The notes beneath the pieces were generated by a model. The model ran no database searches, was not told the DNA's origin, and was given only the letters and a program-made list of their open reading frames with translations. Both the position numbers and the translations under genes were made by a program. From Candidatus Nomurabacteria bacterium (lineage in GTDB: Bacteria; Patescibacteriota; Minisyncoccia; Phycocordibacterales; CALRBL01), in NCBI GenBank assembly GCA_963834935.1, contig CAWIDS010000001.1, positions 236,499 through 300,498 of the forward strand: 64,000 nucleotides of DNA, given 5' to 3'. Below are positions 47,601 through 57,988 of this stretch, in pieces. Positions within the stretch are counted from its first letter, which is position 1, and the number at the start of each line of letters is the position of its first letter.

Positions 47601-47741
47601 ATGAAAAGAAAGGTAAAACAAAATAAGCTAAAAGTAAAAATAGTTTTCAAAAAGGTAGAAGGCGTATCCGAATCAGAAATACAAAGGAGATGGGACAAAG
47701 CTTTTGATATACTTTTTGGCGAAGTGAAAAACTCTAAATAA
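47601..47741 (+). CDS. 46-aa basic microprotein
   Basis: MKRKVKQNKLKVKIVFKK...QRRWDKAFDILF. Confidence 0.45.
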   Translation: MKRKVKQNKLKVKIVFKKVEGVSESEIQRRWDKAFDILFGEVKNSK

Positions 47742-47753
47742 GTCACATTGCTT

Positions 47754-48395
47754 TCATTTCGTTGTCAGATCCAAAATCATAACTTCCGGCTTGGGTGGTA
47801 ACAGACTTTCCGCTATATCCAACAAATCTACTTTTCTTACTGGCAGTGCCATCTTTTCCGTAAATAATTCAACAGGGTCGAGAGGAAATCCAAGCCCTTT
47901 AACTCCATAGTGCATGGGGATAACAATTTTCGGTTGTATCTTATCAACAATCTTGGCGGCTATTTCTACATTGATTGTAGGTCCGCCGCCAACAGGAATC
48001 ATGATGATATCGACACCCCTCAATTCCAGAGCTTGCATATCAGTCAACATATGGCCAAGGTCACCCAAGTGAGCAATAGTCATGCCATCAAGAGTGAATT
48101 TGAAAATGATATTTGATCCACGCTTGCTACCGCCCTCATTGTCGTGAAAAGTGTTTATTCCAGTAAATGTAATATTTTTCACTATAGTGGATCCACCAGC
48201 TGATATTACCGATGGATTACCGCTGACAGCCGAGACATAGTTATGATCCATATGCTGATGTGATACGGTGACTATATCCGCCTTGAGATCCTTTGGAAGA
48301 GTAAGACCGATCTTTGGATCAAACGGATCAGTGACAACGGCGGTGTCGTCGGTTTCTATGAGAAAGCAGGCTTGTCCGAACCATGTGATTTTCAT
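47754..48395 (-). CDS. MBL-fold metallo-hydrolase (Lactamase_B_3-like)
   Basis: SHQHMDH, HLGDLG, IPMHY. Confidence 0.88.
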   Translation of the reverse strand: MKITWFGQACFLIETDDTAVVTDPFDPKIGLTLPKDLKADIVTVSHQHMDHNYVSAVSGNPSVISAGGSTIVKNITFTGINTFHDNEGGSKRGSNIIFKFTLDGMTIAHLGDLGHMLTDMQALELRGVDIIMIPVGGGPTINVEIAAKIVDKIQPKIVIPMHYGVKGLGFPLDPVELFTEKMALPVRKVDLLDIAESLLPPKPEVMILDLTTK

Positions 48396-48460
48396 ATGGA
48401 TATTATATATTAATATCAATTCTTGCACACCCGTGCACACCAAAGGATGATACAACGGCA

Positions 48461-49666
48461 TCAGTGCTGAAAGAAGCTTCCGTCCTCATTGTAGTTCTGT
48501 GATTTGGGAATACCGCAGGCATTCCAGATGAGATCGAATATAGGCCGTAAAAGTCTATCGACAGATTTGGACTCGTCTTCAAGGAGCTCACCGGATAGAA
48601 TCAAATCCTTCTGTAAAATAGGATGCTCACTATCAAATCGATGTCTTCCGTACGATGCAGTACCACCTCTTGTCATAGTCATACCTTTCACATTCAGCAA
48701 AGAGATCATTATTAGGATAGGTACACCAACCTCGATTTTTTTCATGATCTTTAATGCCCTTTCAACCCCGTCAATGATTTCGCCTTCCAACAATCCTGAG
48801 GCAATTATGGTGCCATCGCCACGATCGAGTATTGAACTGTTTACTAATTCTATTGCTCCATTCCTAAATATCTGAGTGAAAGAATGAGTGCCTTCACCTG
48901 CTACCACAGGAGAATAAGAAAACATGCCTTCAAGATTGACTCGGAACGGATTCCATCCCTGTATAGGATATATTGGTTTGGAGAGTTCTGTTTCACCTTT
49001 GAGAGAAAGCAGAACATCTTGACCAATGATCTTTTTTGCCGAAAAGCCTTCGAGAGGCAATAGATGTACAACCACCAGGTTGTTACTAGTAAGCGGAAGT
49101 GTGGTATTTCCGGTTTCAACGGCAAATAATCTCTCGGTGCGGAACTCGGCCATCCTTTTTTCAATGCCGTTTGATAGTGTGAAAATCTGTCGTAATTCTT
49201 CGACATCTAAGTCATATTTTCCTGCAGAAGTCCTTGCACAGAACCTATTACTTCCGCCACATGTTACGCGATGTGGTTTATTCCAGCTTTCGCGGATGCG
49301 AATGACAATGATGTATTCGCCAGGATTACCGGCGAGTATAGGATGGACAATAAATGGGAACCTTGGGTTGATTCCGGTGCGGATCATTCCCTCAATGCGC
49401 AATACTTCAGCATCTATGTTGTCTATTGCCAGTGGCCGCAATGCCATCGGCACGCCATTGGTGGCTTCTATGCCTAGAATCAAGTCTCCGCCAGCAGAAT
49501 TGGTAAATGAAGAGACGTCCGCCAAAAAATCTTTTTTCTGCGGGTCATTGCTGATGGATAGTCCTCGCTTGTATTCAATTGTCTTATCTTCTCGCACCGC
49601 AGAGGTGATGAGACCTTGAATATCCGATATTACTATGTCCTCAATCTTTTTTTGTATCATAGACAC
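48461..49666 (-). CDS. AlbA_2 (Schlafen-like) domain protein
   Basis: EDKTIEYK...DVSSFTNSAGGDLILGI...KPH. Confidence 0.85.
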   Translation of the reverse strand: MSMIQKKIEDIVISDIQGLITSAVREDKTIEYKRGLSISNDPQKKDFLADVSSFTNSAGGDLILGIEATNGVPMALRPLAIDNIDAEVLRIEGMIRTGINPRFPFIVHPILAGNPGEYIIVIRIRESWNKPHRVTCGGSNRFCARTSAGKYDLDVEELRQIFTLSNGIEKRMAEFRTERLFAVETGNTTLPLTSNNLVVVHLLPLEGFSAKKIIGQDVLLSLKGETELSKPIYPIQGWNPFRVNLEGMFSYSPVVAGEGTHSFTQIFRNGAIELVNSSILDRGDGTIIASGLLEGEIIDGVERALKIMKKIEVGVPILIMISLLNVKGMTMTRGGTASYGRHRFDSEHPILQKDLILSGELLEDESKSVDRLLRPIFDLIWNACGIPKSQNYNEDGSFFQH

Positions 49667-49767
49667 ATTCTAACATTAATGGCCATGGATCAATAAGTAA
49701 TGTTGGATGATGACCGAAAGGATTTTGCTATTGACGTTACCTGTTGTGTAGATATAGAGTGTACGGT

Positions 49768-50328
49768 ATGGACATAAAAGATAGAAAAAGACTAGAAAAA
49801 TTTATCCTGATCGCCGACAGAATATTTAATTCACGGTTTATAAAAGAAACAAGGAGCATAAAAATGCAAATTAATATAGAAATAGGAAAACCTGTGGAAC
49901 AAAAAATTGAGGGGCTAGATGAGGATCTCATGCGATCAGCTCTGATAGACATCAGGAAGCTTCTCTTACCAAAAGATGGTATAAAATTCACCGACATTTG
50001 TAATCTTATAATCAAAACAACGGCAGATAAAAAAAATGAAGAGGAGACGAATGGTTGGCTTCGTCTATATGATGGGTTGATGAATAACATTCCACCGGTT
50101 CATATCGTCACAGGGCAAAAACTCCACAAAAATGACAAAGTTATTGAGAATTGGCTTTACGGCTATTATCTTCACGATGACGAGGCCAAAACAAAGGAAC
50201 TTGAAAGCATGGGTTTTCTTCTAGCTACGCATAAATACATCTTTGTCTCTACAATCCTCACCCTTGCCCGGTTTGCATATGGACTATCTAAACAGGCAAG
50301 GATAGTCCTAGCAGAGCAAACAGCATAA
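49768..50328 (+). CDS. Hypothetical protein
   Basis: Open frame with NWLYGYYLHDD. Confidence 0.55.
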   Translation: MDIKDRKRLEKFILIADRIFNSRFIKETRSIKMQINIEIGKPVEQKIEGLDEDLMRSALIDIRKLLLPKDGIKFTDICNLIIKTTADKKNEEETNGWLRLYDGLMNNIPPVHIVTGQKLHKNDKVIENWLYGYYLHDDEAKTKELESMGFLLATHKYIFVSTILTLARFAYGLSKQARIVLAEQTA

Positions 50329-50365
50329 AAAAGGATAAGTTTTCTTATATCTCGTAACTTACACT

Positions 50366-50932
50366 CTAACTTTTAGGAAAATTTATCTTTAAGATATCCA
50401 AAAATAAATTTGTTCCGGTTGAGATCATTACGCCGAGATAAAAAGCAATAAAAAAGCCCATGATTACGGAAATGACTATTACCGATCTTTGTAAACGAGT
50501 TTTTTGTCTATTACCAATACCAAAAAATCTGCGCGTCACAGGAAATATACCTAGTATTTGATGAACAAGATCAGCCTCGAACCAGTATGAGATTATCGTC
50601 ATAGGAATAAAGAGAAAGATATCCCAAAATGCTCGATATTGATACAGCCAGCAATATATGATCCCGATAACGCTCCAGAGCATGACATATCTGAAGAGAA
50701 ACAAACGCCATGTTACTTGCTCAGGAAACTTGAACCATATTTCGAGCCACAAAAGGACAATGCCGCCAGTTAGAAGAAAAAGTACTATGCCAGCTGCATA
50801 ACTCGGCGAGAGGTCTTTGGAAAAGACGAAAAGGGCGGCAATTACAGCCAATGCCGATAAAAGTGCCTCGTTGTCTTTAATGAACGATTCAAGTGATGTG
50901 CCCGTATCATTTATCTGAATATTTCGCGCCAT
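50366..50932 (-). CDS. Multi-TM membrane protein
   Basis: About five hydrophobic segments. Confidence 0.6.
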   Translation of the reverse strand: MARNIQINDTGTSLESFIKDNEALLSALAVIAALFVFSKDLSPSYAAGIVLFLLTGGIVLLWLEIWFKFPEQVTWRLFLFRYVMLWSVIGIIYCWLYQYRAFWDIFLFIPMTIISYWFEADLVHQILGIFPVTRRFFGIGNRQKTRLQRSVIVISVIMGFFIAFYLGVMISTGTNLFLDILKINFPKS

Positions 50933-51101
50933 ATATCAGCAGACTATATCTGATTCCTAAAAACAGCAAGCCATCATTGATTTGGTAAATTGTTGGTAAC
51001 TCGACTTCGCAAACTCCCATATCTAAGCTAGGGTACAATCAGATAGCCAAAAGTGCTATTATATGTTTACAACTTAATATGCCTAACCCCTTAAACCTTG
51101 T

Positions 51102-51236
51102 GGTTTTAGGACATGGCGCTAAAACCTACTAGAGCATAAAAGACTCCTCGTCAGAGTCACTCTAGTAGGTCATATCTGGAAACGGGTATGGGTGGGGCCG
51201 AAAGGTTTCATCGCGATGGCGAGGAGCCTTTTGTGC
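51102..51236 (+). ncRNA. Candidate structured RNA upstream of a nuclease gene
   Basis: 11-bp stem, two GAAA-tetraloop hairpins with G-U pairs, and a long-range complementarity (see findings). Confidence 0.55.
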
Positions 51237-51272
51237 AGGCTATTCTCATCCGCTAAATCCTACTAGGGTGCA

Positions 51273-52343
51273 ATGTCAATAATTATTTCAACCAACGGCA
51301 AAAAAGCCGTAAAGGTGGACAAGTCCGCCTTCGACAAAGAACACAAGCTACAGGAATATATCTACGAGAATCCCGAGAGTATACCGCTCTATGAGATCAA
51401 GGAAGATATCCGTCTCCTCATTCTTGCCCGAGAATTTCCGACATCAAGCGGTCCCATAGACGCTGTCGGCATCGACAAATATGGCGAACTCTATATAGTC
51501 GAGACAAAGCTTTTCAAGAATCCAGACAAACGCACGGTCATAGCACAAGCTCTCGACTACGGAGCCGCTCTTTGGAAGCATTCGAGTGACTTTGACGACT
51601 TTATCAGTACTCTTGATCAACATACTCAGAAGATGTTTGGCATGAGGATGACCGATAAGATAAAGGAATTTTTTAGCATGACCGACGAAGAGGTTTTACA
51701 GGTGATGGATCGCGCAAGAGCCAATCTAAACAATGGTTCTTTTCATTTCGTCATTCTCATGGATGAGCTTGGCGACAGACTGAAAGATCTAATTCTCTAC
51801 GTCAATCAAAACAGTCAATTTGACGTCTATGCAGTCGAGCTTGAATATTATAAGCACGAAAATCAGGAGATTATCATCCCGCGCATATTCGGTGCGGAAG
51901 TGAAGAAAGACGTGGGTACTGCCAAAAACACTGGTCCGCGACAATACTGGACTGAGGATATGCTTATTGAAGATGCTAAAGACAAATATTCTTCAGAAGA
52001 ATTCAAGGCCTTTCAGGAAATATATGAATTTTCAAAGAAAACTGCTGATAAGGTACGTTTTGGCACCGGCTCATACGGAACATTCAGTCCGGTTTTTGAA
52101 AAAATATGCCAGCGATCAATGTACACGCTCGGTACTGACGGCAGATTAAGTTTTAATTTCGATTGGATCGCAGACAAGAAATTATGCAAGGACTATGCCC
52201 AGTCTCTTGAAAAGGCAGGCTTTACTATTGATCAAAGCATTGCACAGGGAGGTTTTACCAAGAGACCGAGTGTTCTCGTGGACGAGTGGGTGCCGAAGGC
52301 AAGAACATTCGTTGAGATAATCAGAGAGCTCGTTAATAAATAA
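51273..52343 (+). CDS. NucS/EndoMS-like PD-(D/E)XK nuclease domain protein
   Basis: E..LQEYI, GPIDAVGID..G...IVETKL, VIAQALDY. Confidence 0.72.
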   Translation: MSIIISTNGKKAVKVDKSAFDKEHKLQEYIYENPESIPLYEIKEDIRLLILAREFPTSSGPIDAVGIDKYGELYIVETKLFKNPDKRTVIAQALDYGAALWKHSSDFDDFISTLDQHTQKMFGMRMTDKIKEFFSMTDEEVLQVMDRARANLNNGSFHFVILMDELGDRLKDLILYVNQNSQFDVYAVELEYYKHENQEIIIPRIFGAEVKKDVGTAKNTGPRQYWTEDMLIEDAKDKYSSEEFKAFQEIYEFSKKTADKVRFGTGSYGTFSPVFEKICQRSMYTLGTDGRLSFNFDWIADKKLCKDYAQSLEKAGFTIDQSIAQGGFTKRPSVLVDEWVPKARTFVEIIRELVNK

Positions 52344-52351
52344 AAATTGTC

Positions 52352-53698
52352 ATGAATAATATAAAAAAATTCTTTGCTACCACAAGAGGTAAAGTTGCTG
52401 GCGTAGTTGTAGTGTTAGTGATCGGAATTATTGTTATTTCAATAATCAGTTCATCTGGAAACCAGACTTCTGCTCCAGTTGTAGCAACAACCCCTATCCC
52501 AACAGTCCCTCAACCTGTCTCTGCTGACGGTTTTGTTTCTACAACAAGCGCACAATTTGGTGTAAAGACCGAGGTGATTGACGGCGTATATTTGACCATA
52601 AGCAAACCCCAAAACTTTACCGAGAATGATTCAATGCAAGAACAACCTGCCGCCGGGGATAAATATATAAGCATCTATGTTTCTTTTGATAATGAATCAC
52701 AGAACCCGATTGGTTACAACGACTACGACTTCACGGTTGTTGATAGTTCAGGTGAAAGTTATAAGTCGGCTATTGCTATCAAATCTCCTGATCTTAACGA
52801 TGGTACTCTTAATCCGAACAATCTTGCTAGTGGTAATGTAGTTTTCGAAGTTCCTAACACATTACCGACAACGCAATTTACAGTTCACTGGGAATCAGAA
52901 GAATATCCTCAGACAACCGTCGATTTCAGTGGATCGGCAAATAGCCAGACGACAATTCAACCTGTGGTAACCAAGCCTGTTTCCGTTCCAGTAGTCCAGT
53001 CAGTGAAGCCAGTGCCAACACCGACTCCTGTTGCGCCTGTGACGACTGCGCCAGCGCCAACATCTGTCTCAACACCACCATCACCACCGCCGACTCAGCA
53101 GACACTGCTCAATATTTCAGGGGAAGGAAGCAAATCGACCCAAGAGTTTACGGTGGTTGGTGATTGGCAGATACAATATACCTACAACTGTTCGAATGAT
53201 GGCGACAGAGGCAATTTTCAGGTCTATATCGACAATAGTGATGGATCTGACTCTGGCATGATCGGAATCAATGAGCTCGGAGCTTCAGGATCTGACACAG
53301 AATACTATCATCAAGGCGGCACGTATTATCTTGAGGTTAATTCTGAGTGCAGTTGGACTATTCAAGTTACAGCGGTTCAGCCCCCATCGGTCAATCAACC
53401 ATCACAATCGACCAATCTACAGACTGTCATGAACATTTCCGGCCAAGGAATGAAGTCGACACAGAGCTTTACTGTGAATAGCGAATGGCAGATGGTGTAT
53501 AACTACAATTGCTCGGCCGCCGGTGGTACTGGAAATTTTCAAGTCTACATAGACACTAGCGGTGGAAATCCTGCTGACATGTCCGGTCCGAATGAACTTG
53601 GTGCTTCGGGATCAGATACTGATTACTATCACGAAGCCGGAACATATTATCTCGAAATCAATTCGGAATGTTCTTGGAATGTTCAGGTCAAGGAATAA
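52352..53698 (+). CDS. Membrane-anchored DUF4352-like protein with a duplicated C-terminal domain
   Basis: N-terminal TM, Ig-like domain, Pro/Thr linker, two ~90-aa repeats (YNCS..GNFQVYID...YYLE.NSECSW). Confidence 0.72.
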   Translation: MNNIKKFFATTRGKVAGVVVVLVIGIIVISIISSSGNQTSAPVVATTPIPTVPQPVSADGFVSTTSAQFGVKTEVIDGVYLTISKPQNFTENDSMQEQPAAGDKYISIYVSFDNESQNPIGYNDYDFTVVDSSGESYKSAIAIKSPDLNDGTLNPNNLASGNVVFEVPNTLPTTQFTVHWESEEYPQTTVDFSGSANSQTTIQPVVTKPVSVPVVQSVKPVPTPTPVAPVTTAPAPTSVSTPPSPPPTQQTLLNISGEGSKSTQEFTVVGDWQIQYTYNCSNDGDRGNFQVYIDNSDGSDSGMIGINELGASGSDTEYYHQGGTYYLEVNSECSWTIQVTAVQPPSVNQPSQSTNLQTVMNISGQGMKSTQSFTVNSEWQMVYNYNCSAAGGTGNFQVYIDTSGGNPADMSGPNELGASGSDTDYYHEAGTYYLEINSECSWNVQVKE

Positions 53699-53742
53699 TT
53701 CAATAATAGAAATGTAAAACGACCGTGTAATTTATGTTTTTT

Positions 53743-53884
53743 CGTGTGGCACTCCTAACTACATAATAAATATATGGTTATCAAGACTCTTATCATCGGC
53801 TTTACTCCGCTTAATGACACAACAGGTCAAAAACCTCGCGCTATTCGTGATGACGCATACATGAAGGAGTTGCTTGCCAAGTTT
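53743..53884 (+). repeat. 142-bp direct repeat, left copy (IS1634 target duplication)
   Basis: Identical to 55531-55672. Confidence 0.95.
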
Positions 53885-55530
53885 CCTGACTTCCGATTTG
53901 CAACACCCTCACTTCCATACGGCATCGTAAAGTAACTGCTGCTCATCGTCCAATTTCAGTATGTTTTTCTCCGATTTTTTTGAGTCTGGCAATATGTAGT
54001 GGAATTCATACATCGTGTGAGTCAACTCTCCGGCTCGTTTCGGACTCATTTCAATCTTCTTTTCTGAGAGAAGCCTCTCCAACTCTTTCCAAATGCTGTA
54101 GGCAACAAAAGCGATACAGAGATGAGCTTCGATCCTTTTCCTTCTGTAATGATATATCGGTCGAATACGCAGATCGGTTTTTGATATTCTAAAAGCTTTT
54201 TCAATCTGCCAGAGGTGGCTGTAATTCTCAATCACTTTTTCCGAAGACAGGCCGGTGTTCGTTACATACCCCTTGAGACCATCCCACATCTCATCATTTT
54301 TGATTTTTTCTTCATCAATTGTTACAGATACATCTTGTGAGAGGTTGAGAAACTTGTTGTAGCCGCGATTAGTGATGGAATCTTTTGTTAGTATTCCACT
54401 TTTCACTTTTAGACGGAGCTTTTTCAACCCCTTCTCGCGATTATGCTCATCTTTTCGTGCGCGCTTTTCGCTTAAAGAAACAATCAGTTGGTTGCCGTCT
54501 CCTTTCGCAATCACACAGGTATCGCCGTATCTCATATTCCCTCTTGAAAGCAGAATCTCTTTTTTGATCGCTTCTGTTTCGTTTTTGATCCTAGCTCCAA
54601 TGATGAAAGTGTATTTTTCTTTGACCAATTCCTCCAAAGTATTTTTGGAAAGCATGGCGGCGTCTGCGACCACAATTGGCTTTGTAAAGCCATATTTCTT
54701 CTGTAGTTTTTTGAGGATCGGTATCAATGTTTTTCCTTCGAAGGTATTGCCCTCAAAGATATCATAGCCAATGGGATATCCACCTTCACCAACGAGGAGT
54801 CCTACCATGATCTGAGGACATTGGAACTTGCCGTCTTTGGAGAAGCCGATCTTTCTCAAATCATCCTCGTCTTCCGTCTCGAAGTACAAAGTGGTCATAT
54901 CGTAGAAGACGACGGATATGGTGCCGATGGTTTTCTTGGTATGTTCGTAAGATATCTTTTCAACTGTTCTCTTGTGCACATCATTAAGAGTATCGAGGAA
55001 ACGGTACACCGTATCCTCGTGCGTGTGTATTCCTTGATATCTGTACAAGTAATCAACCGTTTTCAGTTTGCTTGTCGGGTAAGCTAGGCGAGCGACGACC
55101 AAATGACGGAACAACGGCTCTTGTATGATATTGAAGCCGATACGGTCAAAGATGGTGCCAAAGATGAGTTCTGGGCCGATTGTCCGTACAGAGGCATTTT
55201 CGAGTGTATTAAAAAAATTCTTGATGACAAGATCGTTTGTAGAAAGATTGGAAAACAAAGGGGACGAATCCGTTGGATTTTGAACAAAAGCTCGAGCTTT
55301 AAAAAGCAATATTTCAATCTCATTTGGATCTTTTGATGTTCCGAAGGTCTTTACAACGATGTAACGATCATTCTTTTTCTCGATTGCCTGGACGGAAACT
55401 GATCCGCTTCGATTCTTTAATTTACGAATGAACATTCCCCAATATTACTCGTGCAACACCCACTTTTCAATGGTCAGCGTGGAAGAATATGGATATTTTA
55501 GGTGTTCAAAAGGGGTGTGCGGAAGTCAGG
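53885..55530 (-). mobile_element. IS1634-family element (transposase 53909-55435)
   Basis: TIRs cctgacttccg/cggaagtcagg; FYDMTTLYFE, GFSKDGK, VVADAAM, WQIEKAFRISK, RPIYH. Confidence 0.93.
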
Positions 55531-55672
55531 CGTGTGGCACTCCTAACTACATAATAAATATATGGTTATCAAGACTCTTATCATCGGCTTTACTCCGCTT
55601 AATGACACAACAGGTCAAAAACCTCGCGCTATTCGTGATGACGCATACATGAAGGAGTTGCTTGCCAAGTTT
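55531..55672 (+). repeat. 142-bp direct repeat, right copy
   Basis: Identical to 53743-53884. Confidence 0.95.
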
Positions 55673-56440
55673 GAAATAGGCGAAGTCCATTTTGCGACAT
55701 ATTCAAACTGGCAGGAGACCATACGCGATCTGGATCCGATCATCATTATTGTTTTTGGTGAGTATTATGCTCAGCAGGTAAAGGACATAAAATCTGACGC
55801 GCTGGTGTACCTCACCGATGATCCCGGCTCCATCTTTTATCGTAAAGCCGAGACTGAAGCCAAGAAAGAACATCAGAAAAAGGTTTTTAGTGAAATAGCT
55901 GGTATTGTAAAGCAAATAGAGGAAGGAGGAGAAAAGGAATTATTATCAGTGCGCAAATTCGCGGCCATGTCGTTCAAAGATATGTACGATATGATAGTTC
56001 AAGCGATAATCGGCGACGACAAAAAACTCAGGGAACAGGCATGGGGACTACTGAATGATAACAGTAGCCATAAAGATTTTGTTTGGATGCGCGTCAAGCT
56101 TATCTGTGAAGTTTGGGATCATGGAGACGGAAAACATAAAGAGCAATTCATGTGCATGGCCATGAATCAGCACATTGATAACGGCATAGCTAGAAAAATG
56201 CAAAATTTTACCGATGAATATGGCCAAGTATTCCATCAGTATATGTTCACTGATTTTTGGGGTCGAGATTTGAATTACATAAGGCGAATTCCATTCGGTG
56301 AAAAAGGTCAGGACAAATACGCCTATGAGGCGATATTAACGAAGTACGAAACGCCTATTGGTCCTCGAATAATGCTTGAGGCAGGAGAGATGAGAAAAAA
56401 GAGAGAAGAATACACAAAGAAAGAAACCAAAAGTCTATAG
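55562..56440 (+). CDS. Hypothetical protein (left intact by the duplication)
   Basis: 292-aa ORF starting inside the right repeat copy. Confidence 0.65.
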   Translation: MVIKTLIIGFTPLNDTTGQKPRAIRDDAYMKELLAKFEIGEVHFATYSNWQETIRDLDPIIIIVFGEYYAQQVKDIKSDALVYLTDDPGSIFYRKAETEAKKEHQKKVFSEIAGIVKQIEEGGEKELLSVRKFAAMSFKDMYDMIVQAIIGDDKKLREQAWGLLNDNSSHKDFVWMRVKLICEVWDHGDGKHKEQFMCMAMNQHIDNGIARKMQNFTDEYGQVFHQYMFTDFWGRDLNYIRRIPFGEKGQDKYAYEAILTKYETPIGPRIMLEAGEMRKKREEYTKKETKSL

Positions 56441-57988
56441 CCCGCTTTGTGCATGAGCCATATTAACCCAGTTGTTCATACTATGTGGCTTATTGAAGTA
56501 GTTTGGATCAACTTTTTGCTTGGCAAGATATTCTTCCATTATGCTGATCCATCCGTTTTGCTGATTCGCACTCTGATATTCGTTTACCAATGTGGCAAAG
56601 GCGTCAGGCAGATCATCGTGTCCTTCAATGCCGAAGCCTGTTAGATGGTCGATGAGCAATTCGGCTCCTGAGGCGGGAAACAAGATGACTCCATCCTTGA
56701 TTTTGTATCCGGTCATAGCCACACGTAATCTCTTGTCTGCCGTATTTTTGACTGATACCGCTTTCAGATTGGCCTTACGCATAAGATCAGAATATATTCT
56801 CTGGAATCCATTCGACTCCACGAAAATGACGGGCTGACGTTCGAACGGTAAACTTTTAACCAACTGAGCTACTGTGTCGACCACCTCCGGATAATCTATC
56901 CTCTTGTTTATTGGATTTGGCAGGATGTAAAGCCGTTCATTCTCTCCGAAACCATACAATACGCCCGTGACTATTGCAGTATAATCGGCTTTCTTTTCTT
57001 CCGATATAGCCAAATCAACGCCGATAAATACTCCTCTGGCATTCGTGCGTATATCAGCAGGCAGATCTGTATACGTATGGATCCATTCGGGGTATACCAC
57101 TCGCGTGGTATCGGATATGATCTTGAGAAGATATTCCTGTTGCCAAGCCAGTTCATTGGCGACGCTTCGTCTTAGCCCCTCTATTTTCTCTGGCGTGTCG
57201 AACTTGCGTGGCCATAGGCACACGTTATTCTCATCAAGAAGTGGAAAATAGCGATATATGCCATCCAATTCCTTGGCATCTATCTTCTTTTTCAAACGCA
57301 TGACCAATGAGTCTTCGTGAAGCAGATTGCCAACAATTATGATCCTTGTACCAAGGTCGCCTAGCGGCACGATCTCTCGGGTGAACCAATCGAATATCTT
57401 GTTTCTGCCATCAAGCGTCCTTGTCGAGTTCATGTCCTCAACATCGTCGAGGATGGTCAGGTCAGGTCTGTTCTCGTGGTGTCTTACGCCGCGAATGGCC
57501 TGATCTACCGATGCAATCATGATTCTTGCTCCCGTATTCTCGAATACAATCGACGATATCGCCCAATTACCTCCATTGTCTTCATGGAATGGTCCGAGGT
57601 CGCTTTTCAAAAGCTCGTTATGATCCAATTCATCTTTCAGGTTGGTCATGTGCTGTCTTGCTAGGGCTTGCGTGGCGCAGATGATGAGGACGAATTTCTT
57701 TTCTTGCACGCCCAAAATCGACCAAATTGCATATGAGAAAGTGACTATGGTACTTTTGCCGCTTCCGCGAAAAGCTACGATACAGGCGAGCTTGTTTGTC
57801 TGGTCTTCGGTAATGCGAAAAATATCCTTCTGAAACTCGGCCATTGGGTATTCTAGGTAGTGAGGAAAATAGGTGCTGAAGAATAGCAGATGACTCTCTT
57901 TTGTTATCGCTTGGCGTACCTGTCGGTCTTTCGAAAGAGCCTCAAAGATGTCGTCATTGCTATTTTGATTCTGGTTTTGATTGTTCAT
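56435..57988 (-). CDS. Phage terminase large subunit-like protein
   Basis: AFRGSGKST (Walker A), RPDLTILDDVE (Walker B), GVDLA..DYTA, HDDLPDA nuclease motifs. Confidence 0.88.
   Translation of the reverse strand: MNNQNQNQNSNDDIFEALSKDRQVRQAITKESHLLFFSTYFPHYLEYPMAEFQKDIFRITEDQTNKLACIVAFRGSGKSTIVTFSYAIWSILGVQEKKFVLIICATQALARQHMTNLKDELDHNELLKSDLGPFHEDNGGNWAISSIVFENTGARIMIASVDQAIRGVRHHENRPDLTILDDVEDMNSTRTLDGRNKIFDWFTREIVPLGDLGTRIIIVGNLLHEDSLVMRLKKKIDAKELDGIYRYFPLLDENNVCLWPRKFDTPEKIEGLRRSVANELAWQQEYLLKIISDTTRVVYPEWIHTYTDLPADIRTNARGVFIGVDLAISEEKKADYTAIVTGVLYGFGENERLYILPNPINKRIDYPEVVDTVAQLVKSLPFERQPVIFVESNGFQRIYSDLMRKANLKAVSVKNTADKRLRVAMTGYKIKDGVILFPASGAELLIDHLTGFGIEGHDDLPDAFATLVNEYQSANQQNGWISIMEEYLAKQKVDPNYFNKPHSMNNWVNMAHAQSGL

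Noticed and set aside
51140-51215. Hammerhead ribozyme on the minus strand (CUGACGA and GAAAC present)
   Set aside because: The core motifs are not joined by stems in any hammerhead permutation I could build.
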